Source of the DNA: Mobula hypostoma
Lineage: Eukaryota
Length of the DNA: 64,000 nt
Direction: 5' to 3'
Assembly (NCBI RefSeq): GCF_963921235.1
Contig: NC_086097.1
Coordinates: forward strand, 56,112,001-56,176,000
Shown piece by piece: positions 38,285 to 50,852 of the stretch (its first letter is position 1; each line of letters opens with the position of its first letter). Made by a program: the position numbers and the translations under genes. The notes beneath the pieces are model-generated. The model was given only the letters and a program-made list of their open reading frames with translations. It did not search any database and was not told the DNA's origin.

Positions 38285-39531
38285 ACATCTCAATGGCTCC
38301 TCACATGGCGTTAGGCCACCTGGACAACACAAACACCTCTGTCAGGATGCTGTTCATCGATCATAGCTCAGCATTTCATACCATCATTCCCACAATCCTG
38401 ATTGAGAAGTTGCAGAACCTGGGCCTCTATCTGCCTCTGCAATTGGATCCTCAACTTCCTAACCGGAAGACCACAATCTGTGCAGGTTGGTGATAATATC
38501 TCCTCTTCGCTGACAATCAACACTGGTGCACTTCAGGGGTGCGTGCTTGGCCCAGTGCTCTACTCTCTATATACACATGACTGTGTGGCTAGGCATAGCT
38601 CAAATACCATCTATAAAGTTGCTGATGATACAACCATTGTTGGTAGAATCTCAGGTGGTGATGAGAAGGTGTACAGGAGTGAGATATGCCAACTAGTGGA
38701 ATGGTGCTGCAGCAACAACCTGGCACTCAATGTCTGTAAGATGAAAGAGCTGATTGTGGACTTCCGGAAGGGTAAGACGAAGGAGCACAAACCAATCCTC
38801 ATAGAGGGATCAGAAGTGGAGAGAGTGAGCAGCTTCAAGTTCCTGGGTGTCAAGATCTCTAAGGATCTAACCTGGTCCCAACATATCAATGCAGTTATAA
38901 TGAAAGCAAGACAGTGGCTATACTTCATTAGGAGTTTGAAGAGATTTGGTATGTCAACAAATACACTCAAAAACTTCTATAGATGTACCGTGGACAGAAT
39001 TCTGACCGGCTGCATCACTGTCTGGTATGGGGGGCGGGGGAGCTACTGCACAGGACTGAAAGAAGCTGCAGAGCTTTGTAAATTTAGTCAGCTCCATCTT
39101 GGGTACTAGCCTACAAAGTACCCAGGACATCTTCAAGGAGCAGTGTCTCAGAAAAGCATCGTCCATTATTAAGGTCCTCCAGGACCCAGGGCATGCCCTT
39201 CTCTCACTATTACCATCAAGTAGGAGGTACAGAAGCCTGAAGGCACACACTCAGCGATTCAGGAACAGCTTCTTCCCCTCTGCCAACTGACTCCTAAATG
39301 GACATTGAACCCTTGGACACTACCTCACTTTTTTAATATATAGTATTTCTGTTTTTTGCACGATTTTTAATCTATTCAATATACGTATACCATAATTGAT
39401 TTACTTATTTATTATTATTATTTTATTTTGTTTTATTCTCTTCTGGATTATGTATTGCATTGAGCTGCTGCTGCTAAGTTAACAAATATCACGTCACATG
39501 CCGGTGATAATAAACCTGATTCTGATTCTGA
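38285..39531 (+). mobile_element. Rex1/Babar LINE, 5'-truncated, same subfamily as 2999-6626
   Basis: ORF 38402-39109 ([31 protein letters not shown]); (TTCTGA)n tail. Confidence 0.92.
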
Positions 39532-39690
39532 ATGTGAAGAAATTGGAAAGATATGGACATTGTGGAGGTGGAGGGATTAATTTAGTTAGCCATTTGATTA
39601 CTAATTTAATTGGCTTAGCAGAACATTGTGGGCCAAAGGACCTGTTGCTGTTGCTGTGCTGTACTCTTCTGTGTCCTATGTTCTAAGTCT
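39532..39690 (+). mobile_element. CR1 3' terminus
   Basis: gatatggacattgtg..acattgtgggccaaaggacctgt..gtgctgtac..ctatgttcta. Confidence 0.75.
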
Positions 39691-40685
39691 AAGCCTGTGG
39701 GTTCTTGGACTGCTGATGAGGCTAATGCAGACTCTATCCTGAGTGGGGTAGATGGCGTTTGATGTAAGAAGGAGTCCCAAGCAACAGTGGGGATTGCAAG
39801 TCTGTGGGAAGGTTAGGAAATGTTAGAGTGGGTAGAGAAGGGAGACATTGATTCAAGAAGTTGGAGGGAGTAGACGTTTTGCCACTGAATCAAGACTTCA
39901 CCCCGTCAGGACAAAGATAATGTGACCATTCTAACCCTCCGGCAATCCACTGAATTCCTTCTGGTATTTAAGGGTAACCATTATTCTCTTATTGTGACAA
40001 CAATCTGGCATGTCAGAGTTGATGCACTCTTAGAACGTCAATGCGACTATACAGCTGAATAACAGAATGTTTGTAAAGTGCGTGAACAAGTTTTAGAAGA
40101 GTTTGCTTAGATACAACTAGTAATCTTACTTTAAATATAATGAGAAATAATTACTGTAAACTGTGCTAATCTTGACATGTTTGAACTAATGTTAACTGTC
40201 AATGATCTTTAAAGCTGTTATAATTGTTTGCTGCTCTATTGACATATTTGTGTAGAGTGAAAGGGGGGAACAAATTTGCAAGCTATTTGATGACCAGTCT
40301 TCCAGTCAATAACGTTGCATACAACAGGGCTGATTTGCTGCAAAGGTAGCAAAAAGCTAAAGTACAGCTAAAATATAAAGTATGAATCAAAATGGAAACT
40401 TTTTTTGTTCCTGTTTGAGCAGGATAGAACTAAGCATACAATGAATGGAAAGAAATGAATAGTTTTGTTGCAGAATGTTCTAAGAATTTACACATTGAAA
40501 AAAGGCTTGCATCTACCACAACTTTTGAATATTTTCAGGTCCTTTACAATAATTTACATTTTTCAGCTGTGTGGCCAGTGTTGCAGCACAAGCAAGCCTT
40601 GAGTTAATTTGAACACATCAAGGCCTGTAAACAACAAACAAAAGGTGACAAGATCATCTGTGTGCACCATGTTGGAAAGAGAAAT

Positions 40686-41214
40686 ATACTCTGTACCTGA
40701 TAAAGTGGCCACTGAGCGTATGTTCGTGGTCTTCTGCTGCTGTAGCCCATCCATTTCAAGGTTTGACAGGTGTGCTCATAGGCGCTCTTCTGAACACAAC
40801 TGGTGTAATGCATTATTATTTCAGATACTGTCGCCTTCCTGTCAGCTTGAACTTGTCTGGCTATTCTCCTCTGACCTCTCATTAACAAGGCAGCTTCACC
40901 CACAAAACTGCTGTTCACTGGATGGTTTTTGCTTTTCACATTACTCTCTGTAAACTCTAGAGACTGCGATGTGTAAAAATCCCAGGAGATCAGCAGTTCC
41001 TCAGATTCTCAAACCACCCTGTCTGGCAATAACAATCACTCCATGGTTCAAAGTCACTTAAATCACATTTCTTCCTTATTCTAATGCTTGGTCTCAAAAA
41101 CAACTGAACCTTTTGACCATAACTACATTGAGCTTCTGCCACATGATTGCATGTACAGCTCTAGATATTTGCATTAATGAGCAGGTGTACCTAATACAGT
41201 GACCACTGAATGTA
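40686..41214 (-). mobile_element. Tc1/mariner non-autonomous deletion derivative
   Basis: ORF 40604-40939 (RGQRRIARQVQADRKATVSEI..TLKWMGYSSRRPR) is a Tc1 DNA-binding region; terminal repeat gtacctaatacagtgaccactgaatgta ending in TA, with a second copy at 40692-40720. Confidence 0.85.
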
Positions 41215-41933
41215 TTTGAGATGATGCTTTTGGAAGCCATTGAGCAATGAATCTTATGAGACTGGAGAACCTTCACCACTCAGAGTATAACTCAGCTTTA
41301 CAATATTGCTTTCTTTTCCAGAATATAGTCAGTTATATAATGAAAATATATAACATACATGACTTCCACAGCTACCTCCGCTATATCTCTCCCAGCTTGC
41401 AACTGCAAGGATGTTTTCGTTAATTTCTCTATCTCCTCAGATGAGGACTTCTATCCTCAGGCCTCTTAATTGTCCTCTTTCATCTGGAAATATAACTTCC
41501 CCTCTGCTATAGTTGAAGCCCTCACACACATTTCTTCCATTCCCTGTAAGTCTGCTCTCAGCCCCTTTTCTGCAGGGAAAACAGCAATACAGTTTGCCTA
41601 GTCCTCATCTTTCACCCATTAGTATCAGCATTCAACACGTCATCCTCTGCCATCTCCAAGATGATCTCACTACTGATCCCATCTTCTCCTCCAGCCCCCT
41701 TTCTGCCTTCCTCAGGGACCTCTCTCGTCATGTCTCCCTAGTCCATTCATCTGTCCTCATCCTCTCCAACTTTAGCTACAACACCTGTTCCCTTTAACTC
41801 TTTCCTCACCATTATCCAGGTACCTAAATATCCATTCCATAGTGTCACCTGCACCTCTTCCAAACTGTCTATGTTTGGTGCTTACAGTGAGGCCTCCTCT
41901 ATATTGATAAAACCAAGCATAGTTTAGGCAACA

Positions 41934-42363
41934 CACACAAAATGCTGGTAGAACACAGCAGACCAGGCAGCATCTATAGGAAGAGGTACAGTCAACATTT
42001 TGGGCTGAGACCCTTGGTCGGGACTAACTGAAAGAAGAGATAGTAAGAGATTTGAAAGAAGGAGGGGGAGGGGAGATCCAAAATGGTAGGAGAAGACAGG
42101 AGAGGGAGGGATGAAGCTAAGAGCTGGGAAGTTGATTGGCTAAAGGGAAACAAAGCTAGAGACATGGAAGAAAGGGGGAGGGGAGCAGCAGAGGAAGATG
42201 GAGAGCAGGCAAGGAGTGATGGTGAGAGGGAAAGAGAGCAAGAAATAAGGGGGGAATAATAAATGAATGAATAAATAAAATAGGGGATTGGGTAAGAAGG
42301 GGAGGAGGGGCATTAGCGGAAGTCAGAGAAATCAATGTTCATGCCATCTGGTTGGAGGCTACC
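41934..42363 (-). mobile_element. Younger Penelope-like terminal fragment with 16-bp TSD
   Basis: catagtttaggcaaca at 41918-41933 and 42364-42379. Confidence 0.9.
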
Positions 42364-42584
42364 CATAGTTTAGGCAACAGTTTTACAGAGTTCAAAGCTC
42401 AAAGTAAATCTATTATCAAGTACATATATGTCACCATATATGACCCCAAGAATTCATTTTTTTGTGGGCATACTGAATAAATCCATAATAAAATAATAAC
42501 CATAATAGAGTAAATGAAAGACTGCAGAAAACCTGAGTGTTCGACCAGCATGCAAAAGACAACACATTGTGCAAATACAAAAAG

Positions 42585-42693
42585 AAATAATAAATAAATA
42601 AATAAATAAATAGATAGATAAATAAATAAATAAATAAATAAATAAACAAACAAACAAACAAACAAACAAACAAACAAACAAACAAACAAACAA
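42585..42693 (+). repeat. Compound microsatellite (AAAT)n(AGAT)(AAAT)n(AAAC)n in a Rex1 3' UTR
   Basis: Direct reading. Confidence 0.97.
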
Positions 42694-43756
42694 TAGGTAT
42701 AGAGAACATGAGCTGAGGAGGGCTTGAAAGTGAGTCCATAGGTTGTGGGAATATTTCAGTGAAGGGGAAGAGAAGCTGAGTGAACTTATCCCATTTGGTT
42801 CAAGAGCCTGATGGCTGAGGGGTAGTAACTGTTCCAGAACCTGTTGGTATGAGTCCTGTGGCTCCTGTATCTTCTTCTTAATGGCAGCTGTGAGAAGAGA
42901 GCATGTCCTGGGTGGTGGGGGTCCTTGACAGTGGATACTGCTTTCCTGCAACAATGCTCCATGTAGATGTGCTCGATGGTGGGGAGGGCTTTACCTATGA
43001 TGGACTGGGCCATATCCACAATCCTTTGTAGGATTTTCTGTTCAAGGGCATTGGTGTTTCTATATCAGGCTGTGATGCGGCCAGTCAAACCACTCTCCAC
43101 TACACATATATAAAGGTTTGTTAAAGTTTTAGATATCATGCCAAGTCCTCACAAACTCCTAAGGAAGTAGAGGCACTGCCATGCTTTCTTCGTAACTGCA
43201 CTTACGTGCCGGGCCCAGGACAGGTCCTTTGAAATGATAAAATCAAGGAATTTAAAGTAGCTGACCATCTCCACCTCTAATCATCTGATGAGGACTTCCT
43301 CATGGACCTCCAGTTTCGTCCTCCTGAGGTCAATAATCAGCTCCTTGGTCTTGCTGACGTTGAGTGAAACATTGTCAACCACATTTTCAATCTCCCTCCA
43401 ATGTGCTGATTCATCACCACCTTTGATTCGGCCTAAGACAGTGGTGTCATCAGCAAACTTAAATATGGCTTTGGAGCTATGCTTAGCCACACAGTCATAA
43501 ATGCAAAATGAGTACCGCAGGGTGCTAAGCACTCAACCTTATGCTGAATCTGCACTGATGGAGTTTGTGGAGGAGATGTTGTTGCCAATCCAAACTGACT
43601 AAGGTCTCCAAGTGAGAAAATTGAGAATCCAGTTGCACGGGGAAGTAGTCAGGCAAAGGTCTTGAGCTTATTGATTAGCTTTGAGGTGATGATGATAGTG
43701 AATGCTGAGCTGTAGTTGATAAAGAGTATCCTGATGTATGCATCTTTGCTGTCCAG

Positions 43757-44279
43757 CTAGATAATTTATTGATCCCAAAGGAAATTACTGTGTCATAGTA
43801 GCATTATGTGTACAGATATAGAAATATACAAATATTTAGAAGAGGAGCACGAAAGAGTAAAAATAAGTTACCTCAAACAGCCTAGCAGGAGGGGGTTAGC
43901 ACTTCCCCAGCTATAGGTTGACTCATTGTAGAATTTATTGGCCGAGGGTTAGAATGACCTCATATAGCGCTCTTTGGAGCACCACAGTTGTCTTAGTCTA
44001 TTACTAAAAGTGCTCCTCTGTTCAGCTAAGGTGGCATACAGAGGGTGAGAAACATTGTCCAGAATTGCCAGGATTTTCTGTAGGGTCCTTTGTTCTACCA
44101 CAACTTCCAGAATGACCAGTTTGACTCCTATAACACAGCCAGCCTTTCTAATCAGTTTATTGAGTTAGTTGGCATCAACCATGTTGATGCCATTGCCCAG
44201 CACACCACCACATAGATGATTGTACTGGTGACAACAGATTGGTGGAACATGTGAAGGAGAGGCCTGACAGATGACATGT
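43757..44279 (-). mobile_element. Short Rex1-type LINE 3' end nested in Rex1
   Basis: Interrupts gctgtccag|atgttctaggg; homologous to 50396-50852. Confidence 0.8.
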
Positions 44280-47200
44280 AGATGTTCTAGGGTTAAGTGA
44301 AGAGCCGATGAGGTGGCATCTGCTGTGGACCTGTTGCTCTGGTAGGCAAATTAGAACAGATCCACTTCTCAGGCAGGAGTTAATATGTTTCATCACCAAA
44401 CTCTCAAAACACGTCATCACTGTGGCTATACAGTAAGTGTTATTGGACAATAGTCATTGAAGGAGGTTACCATGTTCTTCTTAGGACCAGTTTAAGTGAA
44501 GCCTGCTTGAAGCAGGTAGGTATCTCACACTGCTGAAGCACCAGGTTAAAGATCTCAGTGAGCACGCCAGCCAGATGATCAGCACAACTCCTTAGTACTT
44601 GGCCAGCTACCTTATTTGGGCCAGATGCTTTTCGTGGGTTTACCCTCCTGAAGGCTGCACACACATCAGCCTCAGAGACTGAAGTCACAGGATCATCGGG
44701 GGCTGTGGGAGTTTGTGATGGTTCCTCCATGTCTTGAATGTCATTGCGAGCAGAGAAAGCACTGAGCTTATCTGGAAGCAAAAACCCACTGTTGTCTATG
44801 TCGCTGGATTTTACTTTATAACAGGTGGCAGCATTTAAGCTCTGCTTCCTTTATTGATTCAGGTTTAGTCTGGAATTGTCACTTTGCCCATGAGATGGCT
44901 TACTGGAGATCATACCTGGACCTCTTGTAACTTTCTTAATCACCAGACTTGAATGCCTCTGATTGGGCCCTCAGCAGATTGTGGATCTGATGGTTCATCC
45001 AGAGCTTCTGGTTGGAGAAGACTGAATGATTTTGTGGGGACACACTCATCTAGAAGTGTTTTTATAAAGCCTGTGACAACCATGGTGCATTTATTCAGAT
45101 CCACAGATGAGTCCTTGATCATGGTCCAGTCCACCGACTCGAAGGAATCCCATAAGCTGCTCCTCTGCCTCTGGCAACCTTCTCATTGTTGTCCAAATCT
45201 CTGCAGCTTTGCTTTTTAGACTCTGCTTGTATGCAGGTAGGAGAAGGACAGACTTCCTGATCAGGTTTCCTGAAACTTTTTCTGGGGCATGGAACAGTAG
45301 GCATTCCTTTATCTTAGTATGACAGGAGACTAGTGCATTTGGCCTTTGGTGCTATAGATTATGCGCTGATGGCAATTGGGCAGGGATTTCTTCAGACAAG
45401 CCTAGATAAGGTCCCTGACTATGATTTGGAATGTGGCGGGATGGACTGCTTCTTATTTGGAGGTTGCATTTTGCAGTATCTCGAGCACTTGATTTTAGTC
45501 AGCCATTGGTAGTATGTAAACTCTGATGTGTTAATAGGACAGAGTACCTGCACTCTGTCTACAATGAACATCTCAAGCTCTCCGTTGCAAGTCATTTCAA
45601 TGCCCCTTCCCACTGCCTCAGCTTTCTTGTCTTCCTTGTCTGTCCTCAGCTTTCTTCATTGCTACAAAAAGGCTAAACATAAGTTGGAAGAATAGTAGCT
45701 CATATTCTGGTTGAGTAGATATAACATAACAGTATAAACATTGAACTTTTCACTTTCAGGAACCCACATCCCAGCCGTTCTCCCATAATGACTGTTCTCC
45801 CTAGGTTTCTTCACTTCTCCCATCCCTCACACCATTATATACTGGCAACTCTGCTTCTTTCCTCTCAGGCCTGCTGCAGGATCTCAGCTCAATATGCCAA
45901 TTTACAATTTCTCCCTCCACCAATGTTACTCGACCTGCTGAGTTCTCCGAGTGTGTTTGCACCACATTCCAGAATCTGTAGTCTCCTTTGTCTTCGTACA
46001 ATAAAATATACATGTCTTTAGCTGCACTTTATATGCAAATATTATGTCTGAATGGAAGGTCAACAATGCAAAGATGCTATTATTAATTTAATTGCTCCGT
46101 TGAGTCTAGTTCATGTAATACAAACACTTACGTGTAAGAGAAATCTTTAATTCCACCATAACAGCTTTCCTTGTTAACCTGGATACCACAATGAATCTGA
46201 AACATACTAGATCATTGGCATCTAGAACAGCTGTAAGACCTGTATCCCAGCTGTACCCCAGATCGGCACCCAATATGAACCAGCTAAATCTGACATTGGC
46301 CAACCCACAATGAATCCCCCCCACTCAGCACAACCCAGTGGCGTAAAGGATATTGCACTTCTCTTGTACACAAGCCCCCACTTTAGTGAAAAGGCCTCAA
46401 AACGTTGAGGACCCTTCTGCTCATAAATCAAAGCATACGGGTTGCCGAAAGAGGCCAAGCTTAGGCCACCGTCTAGCTGGTGGCAAATGTACCAAGCAGA
46501 TTTCTGACATTCAGTAACACCGCAAACAATTACAAAGTACACTTAAGGGAAAAGTCAAGCCAAAGTGAAGTACTAAAATATTTAAATAACGATAATCAAA
46601 TACTTTTGCTCGTTTAAATTATTCACATTTGTTTTCGAATGAAAATATGGGAAAACTCACTGCATTACGGCCAAACTGCAAGAGAAATTTTTGAGTAGAC
46701 TTCCGACTTTGTGTAGGAGGGTTGACAGAACTCACATTCCACTGCTGCTCTGAAGAATGCAGAATCTGAGAGAGGAATCACTGGCGAACAGTGACAATTG
46801 AAATTCAAGACTTACACTTTCGGACACACATGTGATCATTCGCCATTTGCTTGGGCTTACAGACGGAATTGCCAACTGTTCCCCAAAAGAATTTTGAAAG
46901 GAAACCATTTAAATAACATAAATTCAGTTCACATAATTGCTCCTAATATTTTTCTTTCACCTTAGTCATTCTGGGTTTGCACTTCTGCATCTTTCCATTG
47001 GGTAATACACCCCTTCCACACTCTGGTACAATAAAGCCACCCTCCTACATCAGCACTTACGCGATAAGGTGCCCTATTCTTTCAGTTCAACAGTACCCAT
47101 GTAAAGCATTTTGGCATCTGATTTCCTTTAATCACTCTCACTGAGCTCCACTTTATCGTTAATCAACACCTATTGATGTTTTTGATCCATGCTTTCTAGA

Positions 47201-47611
47201 TAATAGGCCATCCTTTATTTTCGGCCCCAATCTCAGTAAATTATTTCAGCCAAATGGATCTGGACGCTGTTTTGACATGTTTCGGAGATTATGCAAATTG
47301 TTTCCTCTGCAAAATAAGATTTTAATCCCCTACAACACCCACATTAGGATTTTCTATGCGAATTACAGACATACAATGACATTCATTACACTCCGTACTA
47401 ATTTTCCTCCTTGAACTAGATGGCTCTCTAAAGAAATTTATCATCTGTGATAAATACAAATCAAACTCGACAACATTAATTAGCGTGTGAAAAGAGGCAG
47501 CAACTTTTTATGACATATTGACAGGACAGCTGTTTTTCATTTCATGTTCTGTATAAGCAGACTGGCTTTTCTATGCTTGATACAACAATCAGTTTTATGT
47601 TATTAAAGACA

Positions 47612-48005
47612 CCTTTGAGCTCCAGGGGTTGTAGACTTTGTTAGCTCCATCATGGGCACAACCTTTCGCACCATCGAGGACGTCTTCAAGAGGTGGTGCC
47701 TCGAGAAGATGGCATCCAAGGAACCTCACTGTCAGGAATGTGCCCCTTTTTGCATTTTCTACCTTCAGGCAGTAGATATAGGAGCCTAAGGACTAACATT
47801 CAACAATTCAGGAGCAACTTCTTCCCCTCCATTGTCAGATTTCTGAATGGTCAATAAACTCATGAAGACCATCTCATTACTCCTTTCCTTGTACATTTTA
47901 TTTATTGTGTAATTTATAGTACATTTACGTCTTTGCACTGCACTGCTGGTGCAAAACAAACAAATTTCACATCATTAGGACAGTGATGTTAAACCTGATT
48001 CTGAA
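47612..48005 (+). mobile_element. Rex1/Babar 3' fragment
   Basis: Homologous to 6170-6626; aaacctgattctga tail. Confidence 0.8.
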
Positions 48006-49264
48006 TTCCCCAGCTATCAGCTGAAGTATTGGTATTTTCAGAGTACAGAAGCCACGGAGTAGAAAGGAAGGGAAAGTTCTCAACATTTGGACTGCACTGC
48101 AATCATTTGCCAAGCCATTAATCCTGCAAGTGTTTAATATGGCGAGCAATGTTCACCAACCAGGAATCCATTGGTTCAGGCTATTCCTAAACATTCTGGG
48201 TGTACAATAGTACAATTTGCTAAGCTAACCCGAGCTACTTTCTGGTTTGTTTGTTTTCAGTACCTTCAGCTTTAGAACCTTTCATTGCTCATCTGTTCCA
48301 AAGCATGCGCTGCAAATTCCAGGTATCAGGGGTATTTATTTTTGCTGTACTTTTTTGATCCACTTTGGAATCAACTTATCTCACTAATGGTAGTCCAAAT
48401 ATTAGTGGGACAATGAAGGAGGACAAAACAAAAAATTGCAGGATCAAGAGGAAGAAGAGGGAAAGGAGGACCTGTGCTGGAGGCCCAGAGTCTTCAGAAG
48501 TCACTCATGGAAAACAACAGATGAAGAGTTTAAATTTTAGAGGTAGCACCAAACCCTATCATTTGCTCCAGCAAACAAGATCATTAGTCCCTCAACTCCT
48601 ATGTCTTGGGATGACCCTCAGGTGCAACAGATAAAATTCTTGCAGTTTGTTTAGTTTTTTTTGTATCACATTTTTAATTGATTGCACAATGCAAGGAAGG
48701 AAACTCATATTTGTAAGTCTCATCAGCATTTAAAGAGCCATCAACCCACACTGCTTATGCTCACCAACAGCCTGGCATCTTTCTCAATACCAAAGGTGAT
48801 TAATTCCTAAAAAGGTGGCTTGTTTGCTACCAGATACAGTACATATTAAAGGCATCCACCAAATAAGCAGCCAGCTATCATAATTTGTTCATCATGTTCC
48901 AAGAGTTTTCCACCTTCATAACTGAACAGTTTGCCATGGATTTGTAGACAACTGTTATAATGGATATTCCCTCTGATGAGAGGTGTGATGAAAGCTGATT
49001 ACATATTCAACGTTGTAGCCCCTATGCTTTGTGTAAAGCTCTGACATGATATGCTTTTTCAGCTCCACAGATGCTGCTTGGCCCATTGTGTTTGCCCAGC
49101 ATTCTGCTTTTCATTCTTGATTCCAGTGCCTGTGTTCTCCTGCCTTCATATAACACTTGCAGTCCTACAGTCCTCTAGCAGCACTGATAAAAAGATCAAG
49201 AAAGTGGATTCACATTGTTTAGTATCTCTATCCTAGCATTTGTAAAGGACACACTCTGTGCTGG

Positions 49265-49507
49265 TGAGGCACAGAGGTGTATTAGTTAGCATAAAGCTAT
49301 TACAGTGCCAGCTACTCAGGTTCAATTCCCACCGCTGTCTGTAAGGAGTCTGTACGTTCTCCACATGATCATGTGGGTATCCTCAAGGTGTTTCTTCCCA
49401 CATCCAAAAACGTACAGGTTAATTGATTACATGGGTAATTGGGCAGCAGAGTTTCATTAGTCTGGAAGGGCTTGTTACCATGCTGTATCTCTAAACATAT
49501 AAATAAA
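49265..49507 (+). mobile_element. V-SINE (HE1-like)
   Basis: B box ggttcaattcc at 49319-49329; gtaaggagtctgtacgttctcc V-domain; taaataaa tail. Confidence 0.8.
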
Positions 49508-49875
49508 TTTATCAGCCACCATAGATGCATCACATTAGGACTAGGTGACTTGCTTAGATTGAGAGATGCTAACATTTAGCACCTTGATTCCTTCCATTTT
49601 TAATTTAAAATAACTCTCCACCATTCTTCCACTATTGTAACAACATCCTGTCCTTTTGTGAGCACAGAAGCATAGTATGCATTTATTAACATGCATTCTG
49701 ATTCAAATTTTGATTTTCCTCTAATTGTCCTACCATTCTTCTAACCTTCCTAATGTTTAGGAAACAATGCTCTTTTTGTTATCTGTAAAATTTCACTAAT
49801 ACCCTCTTTGCTCTTTTTTGCTTTCTTCTTTCCGTAGTGCACTCTGTGATAACAATTTTATCAATGGTATTCCAT

Positions 49876-49976
49876 CCAGGGAGTGGGAAGCGCAGAATCA
49901 AATATCGCTGTCATGATTGTACGTACTAGTATCAATTGTTTGGCGACAATAAAGTATAAAATAAAGTAAGTAAGTA
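49876..49976 (+). mobile_element. 101-bp retroposed 3' tail
   Basis: aataaagt..(AAGT)n end; TSD attccat at 49869-49875 and 49977-49983; CpGs retained. Confidence 0.75.
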
Positions 49977-50083
49977 ATTCCATATTTGCTATAAACTTTA
50001 TGTTGTACCACTTTAACTTTATTTATCTTGTTCATCCAGAGACCCTCAGTTTCAGGTGATTAATTTTTCTCCTTTTTGGAACA

Positions 50084-50176
50084 TTCATTTTATTATCAAA
50101 GTATGTAAGCAGAATACAACTCTGAAAACAAACTTCAGAGTTGTATTCTGCATACATACTTTGATAATAAAATGAA
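50084..50176. repeat. Near-perfect inverted repeat: 43-bp arms, 7-nt spacer, 1 mismatch
   Basis: ttcattttattatcaaagtatgtaagcagaatacaactctgaa / ttcagagttgtattctgcatacatactttgataataaaatgaa. Confidence 0.95.
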
Positions 50177-50351
50177 CCTTTGAACTTTTGACCTGAAGTA
50201 TCTCCTCGAGGGTTGGCCTTGCTATTTCTCTCAGTCAGTTTTTGTTCTCTTCGGTATGCGGAATCACTTGATAGTTCACAGAAATTGGTTACTTTCCATG
50301 TGGGCATTTTCACTTTTGACTTCCGGCTGACCCTTTTCATATTTTTTATTA

Positions 50352-50361
50352 TCTCTCTCTT

Positions 50362-50394
<33 letters not shown>

Positions 50395-50409
50395 GTAGAT
50401 AGATAGATA
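50352..50409 (+). repeat. (CT)n(AT)n(AGAT)n microsatellite at a LINE tail
   Basis: Direct reading. Confidence 0.95.
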
Positions 50410-50852
50410 CTTTATTGACCCCAAAGGAAAATGGTGTCACTGTAACATTACAAGTGCACAAATATACAAATATTAGAAGAGAAGCAATAAAGAATAAGAA
50501 ACAAGTTACCTCAAACAGTCTAACAGGAGGGGGGTCATCATTTCCCCAGCTATAGGTTGACTCACAGAGCCTAATGCCCACAGGTAAGAATGACCTCACA
50601 GCACTATTTAGAGCAGTGCAGTTGTCTTAGTCTATTACTAAAAGTGCTCCTCCGTTCAGCCAAGGTGGCATGCAGAGGGTGAGAAACATTTTCCAGAATT
50701 GCCAGGATCTTCCGTAGGGTCCTTCGTTCTACCACAGCCTCCAGAGTGTCCAGTTTGTCTCCTATAACAGAGCCACCTTTCTAATCAGTTTATTGAGCAT
50801 GTTGGCATCACCCATGTTGATGCCATTGCCCTAGCACACCACCACATAGAAG
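50396..50852 (-). mobile_element. Rex1-type LINE 3' end
   Basis: Homologous to 43757-44225; (TATC)n tail; RSFLPVGIRL relic. Confidence 0.8.

Larger units (their letters stand above)
42392..45538 (-). mobile_element. Rex1/Babar LINE of ~3.1 kb (part of APE, RT, 3' UTR), degenerate
   Basis: ORFs 44467-44781 (RRVNPRKASGP), 43281-43532 (IFKFADD), 42786-43019; TSD acagagt at 42385-42391 and 45539-45545. Confidence 0.9.
41430..46000 (+). mobile_element. Old Penelope-like element (GIY-YIG region) in three pieces: 41430-41933, 42364-42391, 45539-46000
   Basis: Joined pieces read GLLYIDKTKHSLGNSFTEYLHSV..VASHFNAPSH..KHKLEE..LIFWL. Confidence 0.8.

Noticed and set aside
42399..42954. Hydrophobic ORFs with FVCL/FIYL repeats
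   Set aside because: Translations of the (AAAT)/(AAAC) microsatellite
50032..50424. 130-aa minus-strand ORF
   Set aside because: Runs through a LINE tail, a microsatellite and the hairpin; no domain
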